A stretch of DNA of 64,000 nt. Source: Hyphomonadaceae bacterium BRH_c29 (GTDB lineage: Bacteria; Pseudomonadota; Alphaproteobacteria; Caulobacterales; Hyphomonadaceae). The notes beneath the pieces are model-generated. The model was given only the letters and a program-made list of their open reading frames with translations. It made no database searches and was not told the DNA's origin. Position 1 is the first letter of the stretch; each line of letters opens with the position of its first letter. The position numbers and the translations under genes were made by a program. The DNA lies in contig LADW01000003.1 of assembly GCA_000961695.1 (NCBI GenBank), positions 1,224 to 65,223 on the forward strand. Reading direction: 5' to 3'. Below, one piece after another: positions 17,770-28,060 of this stretch.

Positions 17770-19580
17770 GGCTGCAGACCTGCCTCGGGGGCGGGCCAGG
17801 GCACGCGTTCCGTCTCGCCGTCGCCATAGGGGTTTAGCGGAGCAGTTCCCTCTTGTAGCCAGAGACGCCCGGTTTCGGTATCGCTGAACAAGCTCAGGCC
17901 GGCCTCGCGGTAGTGCACCGGCGCGCCGCCGAGTAGCCAAGGCTCGAGCGCGCTCATCAGCCGGGCGAGTTCGCCCGCGAGGGCACCGGCGTCGTCCGCC
18001 TCCTTCGCTGCGCGCAGGGCCGCTTCCGCCTCTTCAAGGATCGGCACAAGCACCGTGTCAGCAAGGCGGGTACGGAGCGCTTCGCCGAGGCCGAGCGCCG
18101 GGTCAACGAAACGCGGATCGATCCGGTAGCCGTCGATGAGGGCTTCATGGAAATAGAGCGCCATGTCTGTGAAGTGATCAATTTCGGCGAGAGTCGCCGC
18201 TTCGATCGGTAAGTCCGACAGTGGCGTTTCTGGCCCGGCTGTCATCACGGCCGGTGCCGTCAGCTTGGCGAGGCCTTCGCGAAGATTGGCTTCACTGTCC
18301 AGAAGGAACTGGCCGCTGGCGACGACCTGGTCACCGGCAACCAGGCCGGTGACCACTTCGGTTCGTCCGCCCGCGCGGACCCCTGTCGTGATCTTGCGAC
18401 CTGCGAACCGGCCACCGCCCAGTGCAACAATCACGTGTGCGCCGTCGCTGTCGCGCAGCACGGCTTCACTGGGCACCGACAGCCGGGCTTCGTCGGCAAT
18501 GTCGATCGCTATGTCGGCATAGGCGCCCGGGCGAAGATATCCCGAGCGATTGTCGACTTCGATCCGTACCTGCGCGGTACGGGTTTCGGGCTCTATGGTC
18601 GGGTAGATATAGTCGATCACACCTTGCCCCGGCGCTTCCGGCGCACTCGGATAGTCGAGCCTGACTCCAAGCCCGCTTCTGATCAGAGGCAGGTCGGTCT
18701 CCGGAATGGATGCGATGATCCAGACTCCGGAATAGGATTGCAGGCGAAGGATCGGGGTGCCTGGTTTTACATAGTCGCCCTCCCTGACCTGTAGCTCTGC
18801 AACGGTGCCGCCCGTCTCGGCATAGACCGGCACACGGTCGATGATCGCACGGGTCTCAACCAAGCGGTCAATCACCCGGTCCTGCATGCCGAGCGAGCGT
18901 AGCCGCTGGCGAACCGCCGAGATGCGGGTTGCATTGCCAATGGTCAAAGATGCCAGCATGTCCTTCTGCGCGGCGATCAGGTCCGGGCTATATACCCGGT
19001 AGAGGCGTGAGCCGGGGCGAACACTGTCGCCTTCGGCACGAACCGTAAGATCCTCGATCCAGCCTTCAAGGCGGGCAACCGAGACAGTTTCCAGGCGCTC
19101 ATTGGTCTCGACGACGCCAAATGCACGCAGGGATCTGCCGAAGGCCGCGACCTCTACGGCGGCGGTTCGAATGCCCATCGTCTGGATCATTTCGGACGCA
19201 ACAATGACGCCGGCTCCGGCGTCCGGCTCCGCGTAGACGGGTATGTAGTCCATGCCCATCGAGTCCTTCTTGGGAACGGGCGAGGTGTCGGGTTGGCCCA
19301 TCGGATGCTTGTAGTAAAGGATATCGCGGGCCGCGCCTTCAGCGGGCGCGCCGCCTGAACCTGTGACCGGGACAAGGTCCATGCCGCAGATCGGGCAGGT
19401 TCCGTTCGGGTCCGTCGAAATATAGTGCGGGTGCATCGGACAGGTATATTGAGCGGCTTCCTGTCCCGCGGCGGTCTGTCCGGAAGGGGCGGCACCTGCG
19501 GTGGCCGGGACCTTCGGGTTGCCGCATGCCGAAAGGAGTATAGCGGCCACGGGGATCGCGAGGAGGATGAGGCGGTTCAT
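17766..19580 (-). CDS. cusB: CusB-type membrane fusion protein with N-terminal CPMHP metal-binding domain and C-terminal extension
   Basis: YTCPMHP...CPICGMDLVP, YYKHPM...DSMGMDYIPVY, MFP core, ~150 extra C-terminal residues. Confidence 0.9.
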   Translation of the reverse strand: MNRLILLAIPVAAILLSACGNPKVPATAGAAPSGQTAAGQEAAQYTCPMHPHYISTDPNGTCPICGMDLVPVTGSGGAPAEGAARDILYYKHPMGQPDTSPVPKKDSMGMDYIPVYAEPDAGAGVIVASEMIQTMGIRTAAVEVAAFGRSLRAFGVVETNERLETVSVARLEGWIEDLTVRAEGDSVRPGSRLYRVYSPDLIAAQKDMLASLTIGNATRISAVRQRLRSLGMQDRVIDRLVETRAIIDRVPVYAETGGTVAELQVREGDYVKPGTPILRLQSYSGVWIIASIPETDLPLIRSGLGVRLDYPSAPEAPGQGVIDYIYPTIEPETRTAQVRIEVDNRSGYLRPGAYADIAIDIADEARLSVPSEAVLRDSDGAHVIVALGGGRFAGRKITTGVRAGGRTEVVTGLVAGDQVVASGQFLLDSEANLREGLAKLTAPAVMTAGPETPLSDLPIEAATLAEIDHFTDMALYFHEALIDGYRIDPRFVDPALGLGEALRTRLADTVLVPILEEAEAALRAAKEADDAGALAGELARLMSALEPWLLGGAPVHYREAGLSLFSDTETGRLWLQEGTAPLNPYGDGETERVPWPAPEAGLQP

Positions 19581-20794
19581 GGTTGCACCAGAAGCGCATT
19601 CATGCGTGCCGCTGCACCGGCCATGCGCGCCTCCTCGGCAGCAATGTCCGCGCGAAGCTTCAGGATCGAAATATCGCCATCGACGATGGGCGCATAGCTA
19701 CCCGTGCCGGATTCATAGAGGTTCAGCTGGCTGGCAACGGCGTCTTCGACGGCGATGATATTATCAGACAGTACAATGATTGCCTCCTTCGCTGCCGTCC
19801 AGCTTGCCGCTTCCGCAGCATACCGGGCCGCAGCGCTCCGGGCAGATGCCTGATAGCGCATTTTGGCGCTTGCCCGGTCTGCCTGGGCGGCGCGCAGGCG
19901 CGGCTCCTGGCTACGCCTGGACCAGAGCGGGACGGTGAACGTGACCATGCCCGATACCCAGTCATCGCCCGCAAACATCGCGCCGGACTCGCGCTGCTGG
20001 TAGGTCAGCTGCGCCCCCCAATTGGGCTTCCATGCAGCTTCCGCTCCGTCTACGGATGAGTTGGCGATCTCTATCGCTGAATCGGCAACAAGGACAGCGT
20101 GAAAATCAGGTGCCTGGCCAGACCACTCAATGGGAGCAATCGCCGGCGCCTCAGTCTCGGGCACAATCCCGACAAGGTCAATCAGCCGGGCATCAATGCC
20201 AGCCTCGTCGCGCTGAAGATCAACGAGCACACGTGCAACATCGGCGCGCTCGATATCGATTTCGGCGAGGCGGAACACTGCCGGGCGCCCGGCATCAATC
20301 TCCGCTTCGAAGACCCTCGTCAGTTCGTCATATTTGTCGCTGCGCACCCGGGCCAGGTCTCGCTGCCGGGCGATGCGCGTCTTATCATGCAGCAGGGCAA
20401 TCAACTCTGCGCGCAGCGTCGCGCACTGCGCGGCGCGGACCCGGTCAATCTGCTCGGCCATTGCCTGCGCTTCGTCTGACCGGGCCTGCCGTCCGGCACG
20501 ACTGGGAAAGGACTGGCTGATCCCCACGGCTTTATTGGTGGGCAGGTAGCTGGAGAAAGATGGGTCAAAAACGGGAAAATTGTTGACCCCGAGCGAGACG
20601 ACCGGGTCGGGCAGAGCGGTTGCGGCGACGCTGCGTTCGCGGTTCGCGTCGGCCTGGTATGTGAGGGCGACCAGTGACGGATGATCCGCGAGACGTGTTT
20701 CGAGCACGTCGAAGCTCTGGGCGGACGCCGCTGCACCCAGCAGCGATGCCGCCAAGGTCGCGCAAAACACGCGGAAAGTCAAATGGGGGAGCAT
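19577..20794 (-). CDS. cusC: TolC/CusC-type outer membrane efflux protein
   Basis: Signal peptide, ALPDPVVSLG, WVSGMVTFTVPLW; first gene of the CBA operon. Confidence 0.85.
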   Translation of the reverse strand: MLPHLTFRVFCATLAASLLGAAASAQSFDVLETRLADHPSLVALTYQADANRERSVAATALPDPVVSLGVNNFPVFDPSFSSYLPTNKAVGISQSFPSRAGRQARSDEAQAMAEQIDRVRAAQCATLRAELIALLHDKTRIARQRDLARVRSDKYDELTRVFEAEIDAGRPAVFRLAEIDIERADVARVLVDLQRDEAGIDARLIDLVGIVPETEAPAIAPIEWSGQAPDFHAVLVADSAIEIANSSVDGAEAAWKPNWGAQLTYQQRESGAMFAGDDWVSGMVTFTVPLWSRRSQEPRLRAAQADRASAKMRYQASARSAAARYAAEAASWTAAKEAIIVLSDNIIAVEDAVASQLNLYESGTGSYAPIVDGDISILKLRADIAAEEARMAGAAARMNALLVQP

Positions 20795-20860
20795 GGGAAG
20801 AGCACCTTGTTGAAATGAAACCGATTGTCGCGGGCGCGCATGGTGCGCGGCGCGGCCGTA

Positions 20861-21283
20861 TCAGATCAACAGGCGCTGCTTGAGTGTGAGAGGGGTGACA
20901 GGGGTCTTGGGCGGGCCAGCCGGCGGACCGGTTGTCAGGATGAGGGGGGGAGGCAAATGCCCCGGGTACTGTGCAGCAGTGACGGCAAGAGCCCCTTCCG
21001 GCGCCGGCTGCGGCAGTACAGACATGTCACCGGAAACTTGTCCCTGCATTGCCGGCAGGTTGCAGTCAGGACATCCCGGACAGGCATCTGCGTCTGGCAT
21101 CGACCTATGATCGCTATCCGCGCGAATGGCGCCGTCTGCGTCATCATTGTGGCATGGCGGGGCGTCCATCTCCGCCATTTCGACGACTGGAGCCGCATGC
21201 CCGGTGACACAGCACGCCATGACCGGTTGGGCCACCATAAAGGCGATGGTCATCAGGGTTAGAAGGCGCGAAACCACAAACAT
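20861..21283 (-). CDS. Small exported Cys-rich leader protein (CutF/CruR/DUF2946-like) upstream of cusC
   Basis: Signal-like N-terminus, CPGCPDC, C-terminal TTGPPAGPPKTPVTPLTLKQRLLI. Confidence 0.75.
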   Translation of the reverse strand: MFVVSRLLTLMTIAFMVAQPVMACCVTGHAAPVVEMAEMDAPPCHNDDADGAIRADSDHRSMPDADACPGCPDCNLPAMQGQVSGDMSVLPQPAPEGALAVTAAQYPGHLPPPLILTTGPPAGPPKTPVTPLTLKQRLLI

Positions 21284-21317
21284 CTGGCCTGTCTAACCCG
21301 GAACGACAAATAAATAT

Positions 21318-21334
21318 ATACGATGCGGGGGTAT
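21318..21334. promoter_or_regulatory. CsoR-type operator upstream of the cus operon leader
   Basis: ATACGATGCGGGGGTAT, 35 bp upstream of ATG 21283; same length and ends as the boxes at 24595 and 31925. Confidence 0.55.
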
Positions 21335-21408
21335 CACCAGATTGTGAAGCCAGGCTTTGGACATGGATGCAACCTGTGCTTTGATCTAGGTTCTGGCGGT
21401 TAGGCACT

Positions 21409-21969
21409 CTAGTGAGCACTGCTTTCCTGGTCGCCAGTCACGGACGCGTCCGGCCGCTCTTCGAACGGGGGGACAGGACGCGCGCGGGCCTCGGCTTCAC
21501 TAAGTGCCGGGCCGTTCGCCTCGATATCCTTGATTAGCCACTCCATCTCGCTGATTTCGCGCCGCTGCGCAGCGATGATCCCGTCCGCAAGTTTGCGGAC
21601 ACGGACATCCTCGATTCCCGCGCGCTCGCTGGTCAGAATGGCAATGGAGTGGTGAGGGATCATCGCCATCATGTAGCTGCGATCCCCCACAGTGCTTTGA
21701 CTGCGTACCAGCCACAGCGCCAGTGCGAAAACGACCGCTGCGCCACCGAGGACGGCGAGGTTGACCTTTTTGTCTGGATACATTTTCCACATGAATCCCA
21801 TCATCACGACTGCCATCGCAGCCCCCATGAAGAGAGTCATGTAGACCCTTGTCTCACTCCAGTGGACGTGGTCCCACGCATACGTGTTGAGATACATCAA
21901 AGTGAACATCACGACTGTGGATGTCGCAATCATTGCGGCAAACCGCAGGTAGCTGTTCTTCGACTCCAT
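21409..21969 (-). CDS. DUF305-domain (CopM-like) membrane protein
   Basis: Three TM segments, then YMMAMIPHHSIAILTSE...IIAAQRREISEM. Confidence 0.85.
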   Translation of the reverse strand: MESKNSYLRFAAMIATSTVVMFTLMYLNTYAWDHVHWSETRVYMTLFMGAAMAVVMMGFMWKMYPDKKVNLAVLGGAAVVFALALWLVRSQSTVGDRSYMMAMIPHHSIAILTSERAGIEDVRVRKLADGIIAAQRREISEMEWLIKDIEANGPALSEAEARARPVPPFEERPDASVTGDQESSAH

Positions 21970-22119
21970 GCGTAATTCCTCGGATGTGCAGCGGTCGTTG
22001 ACTGACTCAACGCAGCGCAGACTACAAGGTTCCCTCGCCGGATTTCACGCGTAAAAGACATCGCGCCGAGCCGGCTAGCGTCATTCACGCCCGAGGCTCG
22101 ACGATCATACTGACCCCGG

Positions 22120-22136
22120 TAACCCCATGAGAGTAT
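22120..22136. promoter_or_regulatory. Degenerate CsoR-like box upstream of the DUF305 gene
   Basis: AACCCCATGAGAGTAT matches 13/16 of TACCCCATGGGGGTAT at 24621. Confidence 0.35.
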
Positions 22137-22169
22137 GACCTTGCCGGGAGAAAGGGAACGGAAGCTTTT

Positions 22170-24575
22170 CTAGGCGGCGCGGTTCAGCCGCAGCGAATTG
22201 GCAATCACTGATACGGAAGACAGGGCCATCGCGGCGGCTGCGATCATGGGAGAGAGCAGAGCGCCGGTGATGGGATAGAGCACACCGGCGGCGATGGGGA
22301 TCCCGGCAGCGTTATAGGCGAATGCAAAGAAGAGATTCTGGCGGATATTCCGCATGGTTGCCCGCGAGATCGTCCTTGCCCGAACGATGCCGACCAGATC
22401 ACCCTTGAGCAGCGTGACGCCGGCACTTTCGATGGCGACGTCTGTGCCTGTCCCCATGGCAACGCCGACATCGGCGGCCGCCAGGGCAGGCGCATCGTTG
22501 ACGCCGTCACCCGCCATCGCGACGACCCGGCCTTCTGCGATCAGGCGTTTTACGATATCGGCCTTCTGCGCCGGCAGAACTTCGGCTTCGACGGATTCGA
22601 TGCCAAGCGAACGGGCAATGGCTTCGGCCGTCGTGCGATTGTCGCCCGTCGCCATGACGATGTGAAGACCAGCTTCCCGCAGGGCGTTCAAGGCATCGGG
22701 CGTGGAGTCCTTGACCGGATCGGCAATGGCAAATACCGCCCGCACGCCGTCGTCAACGGCAAGGTAGATGGCCGTCGCACCGTCGGCCCGGCGGCGTTCC
22801 GCGAGCCTGCGAAGTGTGGATGTGTCGATCGCAAGCTCGTCCATGAACCGTTCGGCGCCCAGCGCTATCTTTTGTCCCTCGATGATGCCGACGACGCCTT
22901 TTCCGGTTGGAGAGTCGAAGTCCGACGGTTCGGCGAGTGAAAGCCCTTTCGCATTGGCTGCCGATACGATGGCATCGGCCAGGGGATGCTCGCTACGGCT
23001 TTCGAGACTTGCCGCAATGCGCAAGGCATCGGATTCATCCGTACCGGGAGCGAGATCGATGCCGACAAGGGCGGGTTTGCCTTCGGTCAGGGTTCCGGTC
23101 TTGTCGATCAGCAACGTATCCACTTTTTCCATACGCTCGAGCGCTTCGGCATTCCGGATCAGAACGCCGGCGCGCGCCCCGGCTCCGACTCCGGTCATGA
23201 TCGACATCGGCGTGGCAAGGCCAAGCGCGCAGGGGCAAGCGATGATCAGTACTGACACGGCGGTTATGAGACCGTACGAGAAGGCAGGTTCCGGGCCGAA
23301 CATCAGCCAGCCGAAGAAGGCCGCGATGGCTATAACGATCACCGCTGGAACAAACCAACCCGACACCTGGTCGGCAAGGCGCTGGATTGGCGCGCGGCTG
23401 CGCTGCGCCTCTGCCACGAGATGGACGATCTGCGAGAGCATGGTCTCGCTGCCGACGCGTTGCGCCTCGACAACGAGGCTCCCGGTCTGGTTGACCGTTG
23501 CCCCGATCACCCGGTCATTCACCGATTTGGTTACCGGCATGGATTCGCCTGTCACCATCGACTCGTCTATGGAGGAGCGTCCTTCAAGGACGACACCGTC
23601 GGCCGGGATCTTTTCTCCCGGGCGCACGCGCAGTCTGTCACCGGCGACGATTGTCTCGAGCGGCACATCTTCCTCGCTGCCGTCGGCATGGATGCGGCGG
23701 GCAGTCTTCGGCGCAAGATCAAGGAGTGCCCGTATGGCGCCGCCCGTCGCCTCGCGGGCCTGAAGTTCGAGCACCTGTCCAAGCAGCACCAGCGTGATGA
23801 TGACCGCTGCGGCTTCGAAATAGACAGGTACGGTGCCATGTATCGAGCGCAGTTCGGCCGGGAAAAGGCCGGGCGAAATAGCCGCGATCATGCTGTAGCC
23901 CCAGGCCGCACCTGTTCCGAGCGCAATCAGCGAAAACATGTTGAGACTGCGATTCCGGACGGAGGCTATCCCCCTTGCAAAGAATGGCCAGCCTGCCCAA
24001 AGCACGACGGGTGTCGCCAGAGCCATCTGGACCCAGGGATTGAGCGTGGGCGGAATGATACGGTCGATTCCAAAAACATGACCGCCCATTTCGATGACGA
24101 GCAGCGGCAAGGACAGGACAAGCCCGACCACGAAGCGCTGCTTCATGTCACGCAGCTCGGGATTGGGACCGTCGCTCGCGCTCGGAGTCATTGGTTCAAG
24201 GGCCATGCCGCAGATCGGACAATCACCCGGGCCGTCGCGCACGATTTCCGGGTGCATGGGGCAGGTCCATTGGCTGCCCGCCGCCGCCTCTTTCCGAGCA
24301 GGCGCGCCATGCGAGGCATGTGAGCAGGCTGCATGGTCCTTATGGCCGGACATCTCCGGAGAGTCGGTGCCATCTCCATGTACTGGAAAGGCAGTGGGGT
24401 CGGCTTCGAACTTGCCCTTGCAGCCTGCGCTGCAGAACACGATTTCGGCGCCGTCATGGACCAGACGATGCGGGCTGTCTGATTTTGGCGTCATGCCGCA
24501 GACGGGATCACGTATGGCTTTCGCTTCGGCGGATTCGGGGGTTTCGGAGATTGGCATTACAGGCTCCTGTACCAT
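22170..24575 (-). CDS. copA: Cu(I)-exporting P1B-1 ATPase with YHS and CPMHP N-terminal domains
   Basis: RDPVCGM...[55 protein letters not shown]. Confidence 0.96.
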   Translation of the reverse strand: MVQEPVMPISETPESAEAKAIRDPVCGMTPKSDSPHRLVHDGAEIVFCSAGCKGKFEADPTAFPVHGDGTDSPEMSGHKDHAACSHASHGAPARKEAAAGSQWTCPMHPEIVRDGPGDCPICGMALEPMTPSASDGPNPELRDMKQRFVVGLVLSLPLLVIEMGGHVFGIDRIIPPTLNPWVQMALATPVVLWAGWPFFARGIASVRNRSLNMFSLIALGTGAAWGYSMIAAISPGLFPAELRSIHGTVPVYFEAAAVIITLVLLGQVLELQAREATGGAIRALLDLAPKTARRIHADGSEEDVPLETIVAGDRLRVRPGEKIPADGVVLEGRSSIDESMVTGESMPVTKSVNDRVIGATVNQTGSLVVEAQRVGSETMLSQIVHLVAEAQRSRAPIQRLADQVSGWFVPAVIVIAIAAFFGWLMFGPEPAFSYGLITAVSVLIIACPCALGLATPMSIMTGVGAGARAGVLIRNAEALERMEKVDTLLIDKTGTLTEGKPALVGIDLAPGTDESDALRIAASLESRSEHPLADAIVSAANAKGLSLAEPSDFDSPTGKGVVGIIEGQKIALGAERFMDELAIDTSTLRRLAERRRADGATAIYLAVDDGVRAVFAIADPVKDSTPDALNALREAGLHIVMATGDNRTTAEAIARSLGIESVEAEVLPAQKADIVKRLIAEGRVVAMAGDGVNDAPALAAADVGVAMGTGTDVAIESAGVTLLKGDLVGIVRARTISRATMRNIRQNLFFAFAYNAAGIPIAAGVLYPITGALLSPMIAAAAMALSSVSVIANSLRLNRAA

Positions 24576-24594
24576 CTATTCGATCCGAGTTGGC

Positions 24595-24636
24595 TATACC
24601 CCTACGTGGTAAATGTCAATTACCCCATGGGGGTAT
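24595..24636. promoter_or_regulatory. Tandem CsoR operators flanking a minus-strand TTGACA upstream of copA
   Basis: TATACCCCTACGTGGTAA (24595-24612) and TACCCCATGGGGGTAT (24621-24636); TGTCAA at 24614-24619. Confidence 0.7.
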
Positions 24637-24656
24637 ATATTGCGCTGCCGCTCGGG

Positions 24657-25511
24657 TCAGCCGCCGCGCCGGAACGGCCTGATCAGCTGACTAATATAGG
24701 ATGATGGGTAGGCGGGCTGATTATCGATGCCGAGATCACCGGGAAAGAACCGGCGGTCTGCATCAAAGCGGGCTGTTCCCAAAATATGATCCCAGATTGT
24801 AGTGAACAGACCAAAGTTGACATTGCCCTCAGTCGAAGACTTGAGGTGATGAAACCTGTGAACGGGCGCAAGCGCGAGCAGACGGCGCAACGCGCCAATT
24901 TGCATGTCGGCATTGGAATGCTGAAGGAGTAGCTGGATAGCTACTGCGAAAGCAAGCAGCACGGCGATATCAAGCGGCATGCCTGCGAGAATGAGCGGCG
25001 CGGTCCCTGCGAATAGCTCGATCGCCTGATGGAATGGATGCTTCATGAGGCCGTTGAAGCCGTACATCCGTGTTACGCTGTGATGTACGGCATGGAAACG
25101 CCAGAGGAATTCGTTTCGGTGGCTCGCCCAATGAATGAGAGTGATCCCGGCGTCGGCTAATAGGATTGCAATCAGCAACTGCGTCCAGAGTGGCCAGCTT
25201 TCAGGCCAGATTGTGGGGAAGGGTGTGAGGGCAGCCAAAAGCGGGATCAAAAGCACAGACATGACTATAGAGCTTTCATTGACGAGGGCGTGAAGACCGT
25301 CTCTCAAAGTATCGCCCTTTGGGTGGTTCCAGTCCTCCTGGTACGGAATATACTGCTCAGCAAGGAATGACATCGCGATTGCCGCAAGCAACAGCCCGGC
25401 AAGACTGACTTTGGGTGCATCTGAATGTACAAGTGCGATTGCAGCGCCATTGAAGGTCAGCAGCATCAGGGGCGCATAGGTCCACCTGGTGATCTGTTTT
25501 AGAATGGGCAT
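24657..25511 (-). CDS. Sterol desaturase/fatty acid hydroxylase family protein
   Basis: His boxes HWASH, FHAVHHS, LQHSN, HRFHH; several TM segments. Confidence 0.9.
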   Translation of the reverse strand: MPILKQITRWTYAPLMLLTFNGAAIALVHSDAPKVSLAGLLLAAIAMSFLAEQYIPYQEDWNHPKGDTLRDGLHALVNESSIVMSVLLIPLLAALTPFPTIWPESWPLWTQLLIAILLADAGITLIHWASHRNEFLWRFHAVHHSVTRMYGFNGLMKHPFHQAIELFAGTAPLILAGMPLDIAVLLAFAVAIQLLLQHSNADMQIGALRRLLALAPVHRFHHLKSSTEGNVNFGLFTTIWDHILGTARFDADRRFFPGDLGIDNQPAYPSSYISQLIRPFRRGG

Positions 25512-25595
25512 GGGGGCTCCGTTTGACTGCGAGCAGGCAAGTGTCGCCTCATTTGATCGCAGGGTAACGGGCGCAGCCCCGCCGTCTTGAACGAT

Positions 25596-26336
25596 TCAAC
25601 AGCCTTGCCGCATCGGGGCAATCCGGACTTCCAGGCCAGAAAGGCCTGCGCCGGGCGAGACACCGAACCAGCGGCGCATGCGGCGCGTGAAATGGGATTG
25701 ATCGGAAAAGCCGCCGGCCTCAGCCGCCTCGGCCAGACTTGCGTTGTCTGAAAGGGCGCGCGCTGCGCGTTGCAACTGCCGCCATTGCAGAACGTCTGAG
25801 ATGGGCGCCCCGAATGTTGCATGTGATATCTGGCGCAAGCGACTGGGCGACACTCCAAGGTCGTGAGCAATCGAGGCTGGCGTGGCGGAGACAGGGGCGT
25901 CATCAAGCAGCTGTGTCAGCGATCTCTTTTGCTGTGCGGATTGTTCTCCAATTGCGAATGCACCCATCAGGCTAGCCGGCGAGCCGGTTTCGTTCAGCGC
26001 ATCCAATGCGGCTGACAGGTGCGAATCTGCAAGGTTAAAGCCGCGTCCGTGACCCGATCCCTTTGGGGCAGCCCTTGCGCGGTCAAAGTAGATGCTTCGC
26101 AACCTTGTCTCGATCGGACCGATGGCATGTGCACATCCCGACGGTATGACCACGTACTGCCGCGGCGGGATGATCTGGAGTCTGCCGAAGCACTCGACTT
26201 CAAGCGGACCATCAATCCCCGCAGTCAGCTGGTGAGCGAGATGGGTATGAGGCGCGTTGGCGCCCGCCACGCCTTCCAGAATCGCCCATCCGTCTCCGAT
26301 GGTGAGCGAGCCACGCCAGCGCTTTGCCTGATTCAA
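25596..26336 (-). CDS. AraC family transcriptional regulator
   Basis: N-terminal cupin HTHLAHQL; C-terminal SLAEAAEAGGFSDQSHFTRRMRRWFGVSP. Confidence 0.9.
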   Translation of the reverse strand: MNQAKRWRGSLTIGDGWAILEGVAGANAPHTHLAHQLTAGIDGPLEVECFGRLQIIPPRQYVVIPSGCAHAIGPIETRLRSIYFDRARAAPKGSGHGRGFNLADSHLSAALDALNETGSPASLMGAFAIGEQSAQQKRSLTQLLDDAPVSATPASIAHDLGVSPSRLRQISHATFGAPISDVLQWRQLQRAARALSDNASLAEAAEAGGFSDQSHFTRRMRRWFGVSPGAGLSGLEVRIAPMRQGC

Positions 26337-26815
26337 TGTTTTTCGTCCTCGGAGATCTTGGCCGAAGACCAGTGAATGTGGACAATCTTCCAGTCGCCAT
26401 GAGTCTGTTGGAGAACCATGGTCTCCATCAGACGGCTGTTAACGGGCTTTCCCCGAAACGTGCCGGTCGACACAGCTTCAGTCATGATCGTTACCAGACC
26501 TGCGCCTTCGTAGACCCGCCGGTCGAGCACGGTTGTTTCGACCGCCTTGGAGAATTCGATGTCGGCGCTCATGTGATGGGAGCGGTATTCTTCAAACGAG
26601 CGCTCGAGGCCGCCACTTTCGGCGATTTGGACATCTGAGGCGAGCAGGCGCGCGAGGGTTGCCGTATCACCGGCATCAAGCGCCGCGCCAAAGGCGGTCA
26701 CAACCGCCACAGGCGAGCTTCCCTCCGTCTCAGGATGGGATCCTTCATGCGCCAGCGCAGGGTTTGCAAGGGCGACCATCGCGGCCGTCGTCAGGCTGAA
26801 CAGGATGGATTTCAT
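26333..26815 (-). CDS. Exported NTF2/SnoaL-like (DUF4440-type) protein
   Basis: Signal peptide ALAHEGSH; EYRSHHM; ETMVLQQTHGDWKIVHIHWSS. Confidence 0.8.
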   Translation of the reverse strand: MKSILFSLTTAAMVALANPALAHEGSHPETEGSSPVAVVTAFGAALDAGDTATLARLLASDVQIAESGGLERSFEEYRSHHMSADIEFSKAVETTVLDRRVYEGAGLVTIMTEAVSTGTFRGKPVNSRLMETMVLQQTHGDWKIVHIHWSSAKISEDEKH

Positions 26816-26825
26816 GTGAGTCTCC

Positions 26826-27656
26826 TTACTCGGTTGGACCAGAAAATGTTGTGGCGGCGGCAATCAGCACGAGGATGACCGCAAAAAGGATGGTGTCGAT
26901 CCGGAGCGTGGACCGGAGCGCTGCGCGTCCTCGGGCCGGATCGGAGATGAGCTGGCGGGTGATGAGCGTCATGTTGAGCGCGCCGAGCCCGAGGATAATT
27001 GTTGCCAGCACGAGCTTGGCGGCAAGGAGCCGTCCGTATCCGGTGGTCAGGGCGGCCTCGAAGCCGCCATTTATCCGCCAGAAGAGATAGACTCCAGAGG
27101 CGAAGAGAAGGGGAACGAACAGGCGGGCAATGCGGCTGAAGCCTTCGGTGCGGCTCAGAACCTCTGCATCCGCCGTCGTGGTCATGGGCCAGAGCGTGGC
27201 GGGCGCACCCAGCCAGAAGCCTGCGATCAGAATGTGGCCCGCCACGACCCAAGGGGCAAATCCCGGCGACGCGAGCCCCGCCGTGTGCCCTGTCAACGCG
27301 AAGGCTGCACTGATACTTCCGGCGGCCAGGAGCGGTACGGCGCGATTTTTTGACCCGGCCGACATAACCAGGAGGACGGCGCCTGCGAACAAAACGAGGG
27401 CGGGGCGTCCCCCGCCTGCCCAGGTCCACCCGAATTGGTCTAAGGAAAAGGCGGAAGCCAGGCTGCCGCCCATCTGTGCGTTCAGGACGACAAGCCGCAG
27501 CGCCGCGGCGCCGGCCACGAGTGCGGCAATCCAGAGATAGGCGCGGCGGCTGGAGTGCAACCCCAGCGCTCCATGGAGCGCCGCAGCGATGCCGCCGAGG
27601 CTGGCTGCATAGAGCAGGACCTTGGTCGTGAAGTTTGCGGCGTCCAGGAGGAGCAT
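26826..27656 (-). CDS. copD: CopD family inner membrane protein
   Basis: Multi-TM; LTGHTA, GHILIAGFWLG, YGRLLAAKL, LGALN. Confidence 0.85.
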   Translation of the reverse strand: MLLLDAANFTTKVLLYAASLGGIAAALHGALGLHSSRRAYLWIAALVAGAAALRLVVLNAQMGGSLASAFSLDQFGWTWAGGGRPALVLFAGAVLLVMSAGSKNRAVPLLAAGSISAAFALTGHTAGLASPGFAPWVVAGHILIAGFWLGAPATLWPMTTTADAEVLSRTEGFSRIARLFVPLLFASGVYLFWRINGGFEAALTTGYGRLLAAKLVLATIILGLGALNMTLITRQLISDPARGRAALRSTLRIDTILFAVILVLIAAATTFSGPTE

Positions 27657-27668
27657 GGGTTGAAGCCC

Positions 27669-28022
27669 CTATTTCAATTCAAAAGCCGATTTGCCCGTCA
27701 TCGGATGGCCGTCCTTGGACATCGTGCGCCATTCCAGGGTGTAGTGGCCAGGCGCGAGATCCGGCAAAGGAATGGTGAACGTGTCGGACCTGTCCTTTGG
27801 CGGCGTGAAGCCCGTGTCGACCGTCTTGCCCGCGTCTGTGCGGATCGTGAACGCGACCAGGCCAACGGGCTGGCTGAAGCTGAATGAAAAGTCTGCAGGC
27901 AGCGTATCGATGACAGCGGCGTCTTCGATACTGGTCGTCTTTACACTGACATGGGCAAAGGCCGGGGCGGCGGCGATGGCCAGGGCCAGAACGGTCACGC
28001 TGATGAGTCTGGAGAAGTGCAT
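27669..28022 (-). CDS. copC: CopC periplasmic copper chaperone
   Basis: Mature N-terminal His (AFA|HVS); YTLEWRTMSKDGHPMTG. Confidence 0.88.
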   Translation of the reverse strand: MHFSRLISVTVLALAIAAAPAFAHVSVKTTSIEDAAVIDTLPADFSFSFSQPVGLVAFTIRTDAGKTVDTGFTPPKDRSDTFTIPLPDLAPGHYTLEWRTMSKDGHPMTGKSAFELK

Positions 28023-28060
28023 TTGAAGTCCTTTCAAGAGAGATGTTCAGAGGTTTGGGT

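Noticed and set aside
24595-24636. CueR (MerR-type) operator
   Set aside because: Does not match ACCTTCC-N7-GGAAGGT, no good -10 at 19-bp spacing, and no cueR in the window; it fits CsoR better.
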